Part shown: positions 20,044 to 30,640 of the stretch, one piece after another
Position numbering within the stretch: position 1 is the first letter of the stretch
How the letters are laid out: each line of letters opens with the position of its first letter
DNA from: an uncultured delta proteobacterium
GTDB taxonomy: Bacteria; Desulfobacterota; Binatia; DP-6
Reading direction: 5' to 3'
Length of the DNA stretch: 64,000 bases
Assembly: GCA_963815115.1 (NCBI GenBank)
Contig: CAWFFN010000005.1
Location: 1,184,001 to 1,248,000, forward strand
The notes under the pieces: generated by a model
Told to the model about the DNA's origin: nothing
Seen by the model: only the letters and a program-made list of their open reading frames with translations
Databases searched by the model: none
Translations under genes and position numbers: made by a program

Positions 20044-21497
20044 CAATGCCGGTCGCTTAACGCGTAAGCGACCGGGTTCTGGATCTTTTTTCCACCAGGT
20101 AGTAAATGGTCTCCCCCACGGAGGTGGGGGCGATGGGGTTGGGGGAGGCCATTGAGGCACTGGGCGCCGGCGAGCGGCCGGCGAGTTTCGAGCAGTTCAG
20201 TGCGGCGATCGACCCGCAGTGGATCGCCGAGGCGCTGGCGGCGACCGGCACGGCGTCGGTCCGCCGCCGCAAGCTGCCCGCGGAGCATGTGGTGTGGCTC
20301 GTCATCGGCATGGGCCTGTTCCGCGATCGCAGCATCGCGCAGGTCGTGCACCATCTCGAGCTCGTGGTGCCGACGGCGGGCGGCGAGCGCCGGCACGTCA
20401 CCAACGCGGCCATCGTCCAGGCGCGCGACCAGCTCGGCGCGGCCCCGCTCGCCGCCCTGTTCACGCAGACGGCGACCCCGTGGGCTCACGGCGCTGCCGC
20501 GGAGGATCGTTGGCGGGGGCTGGCCGTCTACGGCCTCGACGGCACCACGCTGCGCGTCGCCGACACGCCCGACAATGTCGCCCACTTTGGGCGGCCACCG
20601 AGTCGGCACGGCGAGGGAGCGGGCTATCCGCAACTGCGCCTCGTGACGCTGCTCGCCCTGCGCGCCCGGGTGCTTGCCGCCGCCGCGTTCGGCCCCTACC
20701 GCACCAGTGAACTCGCGCTGGCGCCCCAGGTGTGGGCCGCGCTGCCCGAGCACGCGGTCGTCATCCTGGACCGCGGCTTCTGCAGCTACGCCCTCTTCCA
20801 CGTGCTCGCGCCGCCCGACCACGACCGGCACTGGGTGGTGCGCGCCCGCAGCGGACCGACCGCGCTCACGCAGGCCGTCGTCGAGCGCTTCGGCTCCGGC
20901 GACGCCCTCGTCGAGCTGCGCCCCAGCCGGGCCACCCGTGCCGCGCACCCTGACCTGCCGCCCACGCTGCGCGTCCGTGCCGTCCGCGTCCAGCGCCGCG
21001 GCTTCCGTCCCTACTGGGTCTTCACGTCGCTGCTGAACCCCGCGACCCACCCCGCCGCGGAACTCGCCGCGCTCTACCACGAGCGCTGGGAACTCGAACT
21101 CGCCTTCGACGAACTCAAGACCCACACCTGCGAGCGCGCCGAAGCGCTGCGCAGCAAAGCCCCTCCCCGCGTCGAGCAGGAAATGTGGGGCCTGCTGCTC
21201 GCCTACAATCTCGTCCGCCTCGTCATGAGCCGCGCGGCGCCGCGCGCTCGCGTGCCCCCGGGCCGCCTGAGCTATCGCTACGCCCTCCTCGCCGTCCGGG
21301 CCTTCTGGCACACCGCCTGGGACACGTCGCCTGGCACGCTGCCCCGGCGGCTCGAGGCCCTGCTCGACGAACTCGCGCACTTCGTCCTGCCCGAGCGGCG
21401 GCCGCGGCGCTACCCGCGCGCCGTCAAGATCAAGATGAGCAACTATCCGCGGAATCGTCCGCATCGCAGGAGGTCTCGTGCAAAGTGACCGGCATTG
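20044..21497 (+). mobile_element. IS4 family insertion sequence
   Basis: IRs CAATGCCGGTCGCTT / AAGTGACCGGCATTG (14/15); 10-bp TSD CTGCTAGCAA at 20034-20043 and 21498-21507. Confidence 0.93.
20106..21488 (+). CDS. IS4 family transposase
   Basis: RRRKLPAEHVVWLVIGMGLFRDRSI, LDGTT, LDRGF, YHERWELELAFDELK (YREK-like). Confidence 0.93.
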   Translation: MVSPTEVGAMGLGEAIEALGAGERPASFEQFSAAIDPQWIAEALAATGTASVRRRKLPAEHVVWLVIGMGLFRDRSIAQVVHHLELVVPTAGGERRHVTNAAIVQARDQLGAAPLAALFTQTATPWAHGAAAEDRWRGLAVYGLDGTTLRVADTPDNVAHFGRPPSRHGEGAGYPQLRLVTLLALRARVLAAAAFGPYRTSELALAPQVWAALPEHAVVILDRGFCSYALFHVLAPPDHDRHWVVRARSGPTALTQAVVERFGSGDALVELRPSRATRAAHPDLPPTLRVRAVRVQRRGFRPYWVFTSLLNPATHPAAELAALYHERWELELAFDELKTHTCERAEALRSKAPPRVEQEMWGLLLAYNLVRLVMSRAAPRARVPPGRLSYRYALLAVRAFWHTAWDTSPGTLPRRLEALLDELAHFVLPERRPRRYPRAVKIKMSNYPRNRPHRRRSRAK

Positions 21498-21500
21498 CTG

Positions 21501-21878
21501 CTAGCAACCGATGAGACGGCGCTGACGTAAGCGGTCGAACTCTGCACGGGGGAACTGCCACGACTTGCCGACCTTCCTCGCGCATGGGATCGCGCCAGCC
21601 TTGGCTTGACGTCGGAGCCAAGCGGGACTCTTCAGTAGCAGGGCAGCGGCCTCGCGCAGCGAATAGGGTGGCAGCAGCCTTCGAGAGCAGTTCTCGGCTT
21701 CGGCGCTGCCCACCACGTTGGCGGTCAGCAACTGCCTCACGACCGCGCAGCGTCCCTCGCACACGGCGACGGCGTCGAGCACGGCCTGTCGCTCCTCGGC
21801 TGGCACATCGACGGCACGCGACGGATCGGCGAGCAGCGCGTCGAGCGGCGCCGGAATGCCGAGGCGCGTCTCACCCAT
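21501..21878 (-). CDS. excisionase-like HTH protein
   Basis: C-terminal YSLREAAALL..WLRRQAKAGAIPCARKVGKSWQF (HTH_17/Xis pattern); GGAGG SD; co-oriented with int. Confidence 0.75.
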   Translation of the reverse strand: MGETRLGIPAPLDALLADPSRAVDVPAEERQAVLDAVAVCEGRCAVVRQLLTANVVGSAEAENCSRRLLPPYSLREAAALLLKSPAWLRRQAKAGAIPCARKVGKSWQFPRAEFDRLRQRRLIGC

Positions 21879-21908
21879 GAAACGGCCTCCGGTGGTAGTA
21901 TCCCGCCC

Positions 21909-22877
21909 ATGCGCTACGTCGAGGTGAACGGGGTCCGCGTGTCGGCCATCGGGCTCGGGACCTGGCAGTTCGGGTCCTGGGAGTGGGGCTACGGCGACGC
22001 GTATGCCCAGCACGAGGCGCTCGCCATCGTGCGGCGCGCGCTCGACCTCGGGATCAACCTCGTCGACACCGCGGAGATCTATGCCTTCGGGCGCTCCGAG
22101 CGCATCGTGGGCGAGGCGATAGCCGGGCGTCGGGACGAGGCGTTCGTCGCGACCAAGGTCTTCCCGGTGCTGCCCCTCGCCTTCATCGTCGAGCAGCGAG
22201 CGCGCGCGAGCGCTGCCCGGCTCGGTGTCGACACGATCGACCTCTACCAGGTGCACTGGCCGAACCCGGTTATCCCGATCGACACGACCATGGAGGGCAT
22301 GCGGCGGCTTCGGCGCGCAGGCCTGATCCGCCACGTCGGGGTAAGCAACTTCTCGGCATCGCAGTGGGGGGCGGCCGAACACGCGCTGGGGACTCCGGTC
22401 GTCAGCAATCAGGTGGAGTACAGCCTGGTTGCGCGCCAGGCCGAGCACACCGTGCTCGCATATGCCCGACAGGCTGGTCGCCTCGTGATCGCGTACAGTC
22501 CGCTCGCTCAGGGCATTCTCTCAGCCCACTACGACGAGCACCGCGCCGCCCCTGGTGGCATCCGGCGGACGAATGCCCTCTTCACCCGCGAGAATCTCGC
22601 GCGCGCCGCCGAGCTGCTCGCTGCGCTGCGGGAGATCGCTCGCCGCCACGATGCGACCCCCGCCCAGGTGGCGCTCGCCTGGGTCATTCGCCGGCCGAAC
22701 GTCGTGGCCATTCCGGGAGCGAGCAGCGTCGCGCAGCTCGAAGCGAACGCGGCGGCCGCCGAGCTTCAGCTCTCTGACGACGACGATGTCCGCCTCACTG
22801 AGGCGGCCGACCGGTTCCAGCCCCGGCGAGGTCTCGCGGCGATGCCCGAGATGGTTGCGTCCGCCCTCCGCTCTTGA
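21909..22877 (+). CDS. aldo/keto reductase
   Basis: IGLGTWQ, DTAEIY, ATK, IDLYQVHWP, GVSNF, AYSPLAQG, AQVALAW. Confidence 0.93.
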   Translation: MRYVEVNGVRVSAIGLGTWQFGSWEWGYGDAYAQHEALAIVRRALDLGINLVDTAEIYAFGRSERIVGEAIAGRRDEAFVATKVFPVLPLAFIVEQRARASAARLGVDTIDLYQVHWPNPVIPIDTTMEGMRRLRRAGLIRHVGVSNFSASQWGAAEHALGTPVVSNQVEYSLVARQAEHTVLAYARQAGRLVIAYSPLAQGILSAHYDEHRAAPGGIRRTNALFTRENLARAAELLAALREIARRHDATPAQVALAWVIRRPNVVAIPGASSVAQLEANAAAAELQLSDDDDVRLTEAADRFQPRRGLAAMPEMVASALRS

Positions 22878-22949
22878 GGTCTCGGCGCCCGGCCATGCAG
22901 CGGCGGCAAACCGCCTCATCGCAGTCGGCCGAGGTCGGGTACCGGTCAT

Positions 22950-23575
22950 AGTCGCAACGCGACCTTGGCTTGCTCGCCCTGCTCGCGCGTCGCAATCTCC
23001 AGCCTCGCGCCGCGACGCACTGGATGAGTGTCGGGGGCCGACGTGAACTGGCGGAGGTGAGCCTGGGAGCGCCGGCCGGCACGATCCGCGATGAGACGCC
23101 GATTCTGCTCCGACTGCTCGATGCCCAGATCCGCAGTGTCGACCAGGAACTCGCCCGGCGCTGGAGCAACGATCCGCGCGTGCAGCGGCTGCAGACGATT
23201 CCCGGTGTCGGGCCGTTCGTGGCGATCTTGCTCGTGCTCGAGCTCGCGGACATTGCCTGCTTTCCCAGTGCGAAACACGTGGCGAGCTACATCGGGTAAC
23301 GCCGCGGGTCCGGGCCAGCGCCGACCGGATGCGTACTGGACACGTCAGCAAGGAAGGCAAGCGGCTGCTACGCTGGGCGTTGGTCATCGCGGCCACGCAG
23401 GCGGCTCGTCGGCCCAGCCCGCTGCCGCGGGTGGTTCCGTGGCCTCCAGCGGCAGAAGGCGACGAAGATCGCGCGGGTGGCTTTGGCGCGACGACTCGCG
23501 GAGATCGCCTACCACGTTTAGAAGGAGGACAACGACTATCTCGCGGTGCTGCGACGCACGAGCGTGCGGGGGTGA
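22950..23575 (+). pseudogene. IS110/IS1111 family transposase remnant (C-terminal half, frameshifted)
   Basis: LQTIPGVG..FPSAKHVASYIG, GHVSKEGKRLLRWALV, ARVALARRLAE in shifting frames; N-terminal DEDD domain absent. Confidence 0.85.
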
Positions 23576-23835
23576 GTGAGCTCGCGGCAGACATGGTCCG
23601 CCGAGCGTCATGGCTCGCGGGACCGTCCAGGTGATTGGGCAGCCCCTTTCGCTCCAGAGCGAGAAAAGTGACACGATCATCATGAGCCCCGTCGGGGGCT
23701 CGAAGAGATGTCTGGCGCACCGCTCGGTTTCGTCGGGATTGCAATCCGAGAAACACAAGAAGGACACCACCTGACGGAGGGACGGGCACAACGACTTGAC
23801 CCGGAGGAAACTTGAGAAAGACTATTTACGAAGGT
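23576..23835 (+). ncRNA. possible IS1111-type right non-coding end (bridge/seek RNA region)
   Basis: ~260 bp without ORF directly after the IS110 stop, with several hairpins (e.g. GAGCCCC-GTCG-GGGGCTC 23684-23701). Confidence 0.4.
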
Positions 23836-23916
23836 GCCTTGGCGGTGTAGTCGGACCACCGCGTACACACTCGCGAGGCTTCGCGCAGGGAAGCGCGACG
23901 CGACAAACTCCCGACT

Positions 23917-24135
23917 TTGGAGGTCGAGATGATCGACGGCGCGCAGGGGGTTGAGTTCACAGACGTGGAAGTGGTGGCAGCGACCTACTTCACCTTGCGA
24001 TGCTTCGTCGAAGGAAAGTTCGTTGGGGTGCCGTCCCTGAGAATGCTGCCGGGGACGGACATCGCCCGGCGCGGCGACCGAGGCCGTCTCATCTTGCCGC
24101 GGGACGTCGCCGCAAAACTCGGCCTCTGTAAGTAG
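23917..24135 (+). CDS. small hypothetical protein
   Basis: Globular-looking 68-72 aa ORF, GGAGG before the second Met. Confidence 0.5.
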   Translation: MEVEMIDGAQGVEFTDVEVVAATYFTLRCFVEGKFVGVPSLRMLPGTDIARRGDRGRLILPRDVAAKLGLCK

Positions 24136-24176
24136 AAGTCACTCGCGGCCGGCGCATACGATGAAAGGAGCCAAAC

Positions 24177-24368
24177 ATGTCGTCTCTCTCACTGACGCAA
24201 GCCCACTTTGCCGTGCTCGGCGTCCTGACCCTCCTGCGTGGTGGCGCTAACGCGACGACCGTCTCCTTGGTGCTGGGCCTCCCCCGAGATGAAGGAGAGC
24301 GCCTGCTCGAGGACCTCGAGTGGCTCGGGCACATCCGCGGTGCTCCTGCCGGGCCTCAGCATAGTTGA
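24177..24368 (+). CDS. small hypothetical protein, possible winged HTH
   Basis: AAGGAG SD; helix pattern ..TVSLVLGLPRDEGERLLEDLEWLGHI. Confidence 0.45.
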   Translation: MSSLSLTQAHFAVLGVLTLLRGGANATTVSLVLGLPRDEGERLLEDLEWLGHIRGAPAGPQHS

Positions 24369-24649
24369 CCGCGCCGACAGGCGATCTGTCTTGACCCGCG
24401 CGGGCGGCTGGCGCGAACGTCGCGTCAGGGAGGATCGCAGTCGCGCCGAAAAGTCTGCTCGATGGGCTGGCGATCGGCACCGTGCATTCCCCGACATCGG
24501 GGGGGAGTTCCTGCGCTTCCGCAACCGCATCGACCGCGAGACACCGGGTGACGTGGACCTCCACCCATCCTCGACAACTCCAGCACGCACAAGAGCCCCG
24601 CGCGTCCAGCGCTGGCTCCGGTCATCCCCGCGTTTACCTTCATTCACTC

Positions 24650-24955
24650 CGACCCTCGCATGCTCCTCGCAGCCTTGGAGACCGAGGTCGCGGCGTACCT
24701 GGAAGCCCATGCCGCTTAGCGCGACGCCGCTGACCATGCGTTGGTGGTCCGCACGGCAAGGCCGCACCCGAAAGGTGACCCTCGGCGCGGGAACGATCGC
24801 CGTCAATGCTCCCCACGCATCAACGACCGGCGGGTCGACACCGACGGCCAGCGGTGTAAGTTCACGAGCCGCATCATGCCGCCGTACATGCGGCGCTCGC
24901 CGAAGGTTGCCGAGGTCTTACCTGTGCTCTACCTGCGGGGCCTCTCCACCGATCC
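24650..24955 (+). pseudogene. IS256 family transposase fragment
   Basis: RKVTLGAGTIAVNAPRINDRR..FTSRIMPPYMRRSPKVAEVLPVLYLRGLST across frameshifts. Confidence 0.75.
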
Positions 24956-25641
24956 CGACGCGAGCACGGATCATGGCTGCCTCCCCGCCGGAACGTGTGG
25001 CCGAACGGACTTACAGACTGGCGCTGCATGACCCATGCCTGCGCCGCAGCCGCTTCGCGACGCTAATTCGCCGCCTTTCGTCTCAGATCCGAGAACACGC
25101 CCGCACTTCCGATTTCCCGGAGGGTGCCCTACCCGGAAAAAGGGCAGTTCAAGCCGCGTGCTTGGCGAGGGTGAGCGTAGCCGAGGGCAGCGAGCCGACG
25201 CGCGTGCTAGCGGTGACGCGGTCGTGCTCATCCCCGTCGAAGTAGTTCTCGTACAGGCATCTTGACCGGACCATCCTGATCACGCCCGCTCCAGATCGAT
25301 GGCTCCAGCGAAAGCCCTCTGCCTCGGAAGGACGCATTTCCGTCCAAGAAGGGCATGTGAACGAACGCGTGGTACGGCGGGTGGCTCCGAGGACGATCGC
25401 CCTCGGTTGCGTCGACCGAGGTGAAAGCCGAAGGCCTTCCTCTCGAACCAGCCGGTGATCCGACTCACTTCATCGACCGTGAAGGGGTCGGGTCCGAACG
25501 GGTTTCTAGAGACAGGTCGAGCCTGGAAAGTTGACGGATCACCCCCAGATCAGACCGCCGCCCCGGCCAGTTCCCTGCTGCGCCCGGCTGGCGCGGGCCG
25601 CCGGTGGTACTCGGGAGCGTCACAATGATTCCGTAACGCGC

Positions 25642-26496
25642 TCAGGCACCGAGCCGCCCGGCGATGCGGCGGAGCAGGCGCTGTACCGGATAGCGTTCCG
25701 GATCGGCGGACTGCACCGCGAGCAGGTCGGCGATCTGCATCTCGATCGCGGCGGCGACCTCGCCGCGCAGCTTGCGGCAAGCCGTCGCATCCTCGTGTCG
25801 GCCGGCCCAGCAGCGGGTATCGATCGGTGGCCCGAACAGGAAGTACTGGCGCTCGAAGCGCGGCAGCCCGAGCGGGCCCTTCCCGCGCGAGAGCGGCGGC
25901 ACGATCTCGCCGCCCCGGAACCAGCGTTGCTCGGTGATGCCGAGCGCTCGCAACAGACCGCCCACGGGCGATCGCAGCAGGTCCACGGCGTCAGCAACGA
26001 TCTCGAACATGTCGTCGACGCCCACCGAGGCGACGGGCACGATCGGCACACCGTGCTCGATCGCGAGCCGCGCGAAGCCGACGCGCTCCTTCCAGATCAG
26101 CTTGTAGCGCTCGCCCTTGCGCTTCATCACCTCGCGTCCGCCGCCGGGGAAGACCAGCACGGCCTCGCCCTTCGCGAACAACGCGGCGCAGTTCTCACGG
26201 GTGCCGCGCACGGCGCCGAGCCGCCGCAGCACGTCGCGCCAGATCGGCACGGCGAAGTGGTTGTGGTCGCCGAGCGCGCGGACCGGGCGGCCCGTCTCGT
26301 TCAGGATCGCGAGCCCCAGCATCGGGATGTCGACGAGCCCATAAATGGTATGATTGCCAGCGATCAGCACGGCTCCCTCGCGCGGGATGTGCTCGAGGCC
26401 GATCGCAACGGGAGAGAACAGCCGCCGCAGCGGCTCGGCGACGCTGCGCAGGGAGTCGGACGAAATCGGCTCGAAGTCGAGGCCGGGGAAATCCAT
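25642..26496 (-). CDS. lysophospholipid/MGAT-like acyltransferase
   Basis: GNHTIYGLVD, VFPGGGRE, GFARLA, VPIVPV. Confidence 0.9.
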   Translation of the reverse strand: MDFPGLDFEPISSDSLRSVAEPLRRLFSPVAIGLEHIPREGAVLIAGNHTIYGLVDIPMLGLAILNETGRPVRALGDHNHFAVPIWRDVLRRLGAVRGTRENCAALFAKGEAVLVFPGGGREVMKRKGERYKLIWKERVGFARLAIEHGVPIVPVASVGVDDMFEIVADAVDLLRSPVGGLLRALGITEQRWFRGGEIVPPLSRGKGPLGLPRFERQYFLFGPPIDTRCWAGRHEDATACRKLRGEVAAAIEMQIADLLAVQSADPERYPVQRLLRRIAGRLGA

Positions 26497-27537
26497 GGAG
26501 CGCGTCCCACGCTCAGCGATCGCCCGTCAAGACTCCGGGGTACTCGTCGATCGTCGCGACCACGATCGGAAGATACACTAGGAGGCGTCCTTCGCACGAC
26601 GTCGCATCGGTCGCGGGGGCGAGGTAGGAGCCACGAAGACGGTGTTCGCCCTTCGTGCGTCCCAGCCATCTGCCCTGCGCGTCCACCAGCCCGCCGCATT
26701 TCCGTCACGACGCGGTGCACACGGCCACGACCACCTGCGCGCGGCCGGTGGCGGCGGGTCTCCCACGATCATGGTGAAACCCGGGCTCTTGAGTGGTCGT
26801 CGGACCGGCCGCCCCGGAAGCGCTCCGACGTCCAGCGGTCGTCACGACAGAGTCGAGTCGCAGCACTCCGGCGCATCATCGACGACGGGGGTGCCCCCGT
26901 GCCCCCCACGTCGAAGCGGGCGGAGGGCAGCAGCCGGCGGGAATGCGGCGAAGGTGCCCCCGCTCTCGGTAGGCCCGGAGTTTCGGAAGTTCAGAGCGCC
27001 GGGGCGTCCACGTCGGGCGGCCCCGGCTCGACCACGGGGCGGGCTTTCTCATGCGCCGCGGGTGCCCCGCACGGGGGCATGGGTTGATCCTACGGAAATG
27101 GAGGTGGGGGCCGCATCAGGCAGCACGTGGGGTGAGTGTGACAGCGTAGCCGAGGGCAGCCTAGAACGCCCCAACGCGGCGCGCTTCTTGCCGGGCCTAC
27201 TTCGACGAGCCTGTGACCCGTTTCTGCCTGCACCGCGACACCGCGACAAAGGGGTGGACCGGGCGAGACAGCATCGGTGCAAACCCCCAGTTGCCATCGA
27301 TCGCTTGGACGCTCAGGATGCGACTAGAGCGCGTCGGCGTAGGGACGAGCTATGGAGCACCAGATCGGTCCTGACGGGGCAGTCGATCTCGCCACCGCTT
27401 TCGGCGCTCGCCTTCCAGCGGCGTCGCCACCCGTCGCGCGGCGGACGCGGGGTCCGCCGCCGGATGAGACCCAAGGTCGCATCTGTGGCAACGCGTTTCT
27501 GTCGACCATCGGAACACGAATCCAAGCAGGAGCCAAT

Positions 27538-28896
27538 ATGAAAGCGAAGTTACTTCGCATGAGCGCGGTCGTTCTGATGCTGAGCGCCTTTTTCCTCCCT
27601 CCGCCATCGGCCCATGCTGATCCCAACAGCCTCAGGCCAATCATTTTTGTTCATGGCGGCTCCGGTTCCGGAGCCCAATTTGAATCCCAAGCGCAGCGAT
27701 TTACCAGCAACGGCTACCCCCAGAACCTTATCGCGGTGCTTGAGTACGATTCCTCCCATTTTACCGCCCTGGTGCCACAGATTTACGCTAATCTCGATCA
27801 GCTCGTTGCGTCCGTTCTGCAAGCGACCGGCGCCGATCAGGTTGATATTCTGGGGCATTCTCTTGGCACCACATTGATGTTTGGGTACCTCACAAGTACG
27901 CCGGAGCGTGCCGCAAAGGTTGCGCACTATGTGAATATTGACGGCCAGAGCACCCTTCCGGATGGCGTGAACACCCTGGCACTATGGGCCGGGAGAGGAG
28001 TTCCCGGCCGGACGATGGTGGGGGCGACGAACGTTACCATCCCCGACGTGACCCACGTACAATGTGCGACCTCTGCCGAGTCATTTGTCGAAATGTACAA
28101 GTTTTTTACGGGTGAACCGCCTGCGACAAAGGACATTGTGCCAGAACCTCCCGGTCAAGTTCGGCTTGTCGGACGGGCGGTCCTTTTTCCCCAAAATAGC
28201 GGCGCGGAGGGCCGCACGCTGCAGATATGGAGAGTCGACGCCGATACCGGCGCGAGAATTGACAAGAAACCGAAGGCCGTCTTCGCTATTGGTCCAGATG
28301 GGAACTGGGGGCCGTTCAAGGCGAAGGGCGGTCAACATTATGAATTTGCCCTCGTGCTTCCGGGTGCCTTCACGCATCATTTCTATTACGAGCCCTTCTT
28401 CAGGAGCGATTACCTGATTCGCCTGAACACTGAGGAGCCCGGCACGGGACTTGGCGCAGTCCTGGAATCGGATTTGAGCGATGACACCAGCGCCCTGATT
28501 CTCATCAGATACAAGGAGTTCTGGGGTGATCAGGGCGTCGAGAATGATACGCTGTTGATCAACGGAGTCAACGTCGTCAACGCTGCCATCTGCCCGATCA
28601 GCAGACGAGTCACTGCGATATTCACCTATGATAACAACTTGGATGGGGTAAGCGACCTGTCCACGCCCGTCTTCCCGTTTGGGCTGTCCTTCCTGACCGG
28701 GGTTGATCTCTTTATTCCTGGAGCAGATCCCCCGGATGCGACCATATCGAACGTGCTTACACCACGAGGCGGCGGCGGCACGGAAGAGGTGGTCAACGTC
28801 CCGAACTGGGCATCATCGACTCATAGAATAAGCATCCAGTTTCATGACTACGTGCAGGCGATCAATTCCTTCGTCGAGTACGTGCAGTCCCACTGA
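27538..28896 (+). CDS. secreted alpha/beta hydrolase (lipase-like)
   Basis: Signal peptide, PIIFVHG, GHSLG nucleophile motif; AGGAG SD. Confidence 0.88.
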   Translation: MKAKLLRMSAVVLMLSAFFLPPPSAHADPNSLRPIIFVHGGSGSGAQFESQAQRFTSNGYPQNLIAVLEYDSSHFTALVPQIYANLDQLVASVLQATGADQVDILGHSLGTTLMFGYLTSTPERAAKVAHYVNIDGQSTLPDGVNTLALWAGRGVPGRTMVGATNVTIPDVTHVQCATSAESFVEMYKFFTGEPPATKDIVPEPPGQVRLVGRAVLFPQNSGAEGRTLQIWRVDADTGARIDKKPKAVFAIGPDGNWGPFKAKGGQHYEFALVLPGAFTHHFYYEPFFRSDYLIRLNTEEPGTGLGAVLESDLSDDTSALILIRYKEFWGDQGVENDTLLINGVNVVNAAICPISRRVTAIFTYDNNLDGVSDLSTPVFPFGLSFLTGVDLFIPGADPPDATISNVLTPRGGGGTEEVVNVPNWASSTHRISIQFHDYVQAINSFVEYVQSH

Positions 28897-28906
28897 CCAG
28901 GAACGT

Positions 28907-28943
28907 AAGGAGGCAGGGGGGCTCGAGCCTCTCTGCCTCTTTT
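28907..28943 (+). terminator. rho-independent terminator
   Basis: GAGGCAGGGGGGCT..AGCCTCTCTGCCTC + TTTTT. Confidence 0.75.
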
Positions 28944-29595
28944 GGGGAGAAACATGTTGAATCAGTCGGTACCGCGAGCTCGAGCGGATCGGACATGGGC
29001 CAGTTGGCGTCGTCGAGGCGCCGCCTGCCGAGCGCATCTCCGTCTGGCGATCGATCGTCGGTGGGGGTGACGGAAGTACGCGACGTGCACCTCGTGCTGC
29101 GAGTCGAGTACCTAATAGTAGAGGAGGGGCGACGGTTGTGCCCGCCTGCATGGTGGCCGCTCGTACCCTGGCGCACGGGCTTGGCAGCCCGCCGGCGGCG
29201 AGTTTGGCCACACGCTCAGCCGGCGAGGCTACGGATCAGCGCCTGCGCCGACTCGATCACGCCCTCCAGTGTCGATGCGCAGTCGCCTGGAATCGTCTCC
29301 CGGGCCTCGACCCGCGATACGCGGCGCCGCAGGGCGTCGAGCTGCCGTGCGACCTTGCCCAGCCGCATCGCGCCCGGCAGCCGCTGGGGCGAGCGCCCGC
29401 ATCACGTGGCGGCCGATGAACCCGGTCGCACCGCGAAGTCGATGTTCAAGCCGATGCGCGAGTCGACCCGCCCCGGGGCTCGTGAACGGAAGGTAGGAGT
29501 CGCATCACCGAGCGCATGAATGAAGAAAATGTTTGTTCAAGGGGACGCACAAGGTGCCTGCTATCCTGGGGTGCCGGGCCGCGGTCCCCGAGCGC

Positions 29596-30027
29596 TCAGC
29601 GCGGCTCGAGCACCACGACCGGGATCACGCGGCTCGTGCGGGACTGGTACGTGGCGTACTGGCCCTGATTGACCTCGTCCGCGCGCGCCCAGAGTCGGGA
29701 GCGCTCCTCGCCCTCGGCGACCCGGGCGCGCACCGGGATCCGCGCGCGGCCCACCTGGATCTCCACGTCGGGCTGAGCGGTGAGGTTGTGGAACCACCCC
29801 GGGTGGTGCGGCGCGCCACCCTTCGACGCGATCACCGCGTACGCCTTCCCATCGCGCACGTAGAGCAGCGCGGCGGTGCGGGGCTCACGGCTACGACGCC
29901 CGACGGTGCGCAGAAGCAGCATCGGCCGGCCCCCGAGGCTCGCGCCGATCCGTCCATCGGTGTTCTCGTAGAGCCACTGGTGCACGGTGAGCAGCGGACC
30001 CATGACGCTTTCGAGGAGTGGGTTCAT
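29596..30027 (-). CDS. deazaflavin (F420)-dependent nitroreductase, Ddn family
   Basis: LLLRTVGRRS..R, IASKGG..HPGWFHNL, YQSRTSRVIPVVVL. Confidence 0.9.
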   Translation of the reverse strand: MNPLLESVMGPLLTVHQWLYENTDGRIGASLGGRPMLLLRTVGRRSREPRTAALLYVRDGKAYAVIASKGGAPHHPGWFHNLTAQPDVEIQVGRARIPVRARVAEGEERSRLWARADEVNQGQYATYQSRTSRVIPVVVLEPR

Positions 30028-30059
30028 GCCGGCGAACCTAGCAGCAAACTGGGTTCTGC

Positions 30060-30350
30060 CACGACCGCCCGTCGCCACGGACGCGCCCACACGGTGGCGC
30101 TCCCTGGGGCGTCGTCGGGCGTTCCTTCGGGAAGCGCGATGCCGCGCGACGCGAGAAACGCCCCCCCTCGAGACCCGGGGCGGCCGTCGACGAACGACCG
30201 GTAGTCTTCGTCGCTGAAGGGAACGACGGGCCGCTCCCCGGCGTGGCCGGCGAGGAACTCGTCGAAGGTGCGCTTCCAGGCAGCGGCGTCCGTCCGTGCG
30301 GTGTGCGTCACGACGCCGTCGAGGTCGAAGATGACGGGGTCGAAGCGGGC
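30060..30350 (-). pseudogene. HAD hydrolase (beta-phosphoglucomutase-like) N-terminal fragment
   Basis: VIFDLDGVVTHTA..AAAWKRTFDEFL..DYRSFVDG..PEGTPDDAPG, then breaks off. Confidence 0.7.
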
Positions 30351-30437
30351 GGAGGAGCGGGCCCTCGCCCGGGTTGCCCGAGGCGCAGCGCGGCAACGCG
30401 ATCGTGTACAGCGGCTTCTCCCCCTTCATTGGCGCGG

Positions 30438-30640
30438 GCATAACCCAGCCGGAAATCCGCCAGATCCCGGCTCCCTCGTCTCCACCCCCAGTAGTCGACG
30501 AGCCGCCACGGCGACGTGGTCGTCACGCGGCCGGCGGCGTTCTTGTGCCAGCTGCCCATGCCGGGGTGGGACCAAAGCGCTGGATGACTGCCAAGCACCT
30601 CATGCTCCGGAACCGCAGCCCAGCCGAGTAGTCCACGAGG
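30438..30640 (-). pseudogene. flavin monooxygenase (BVMO-like) C-terminal fragment
   Basis: WSHPGMGSWHKNAAGRVTTTSPWRLVDYW. Confidence 0.55.
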
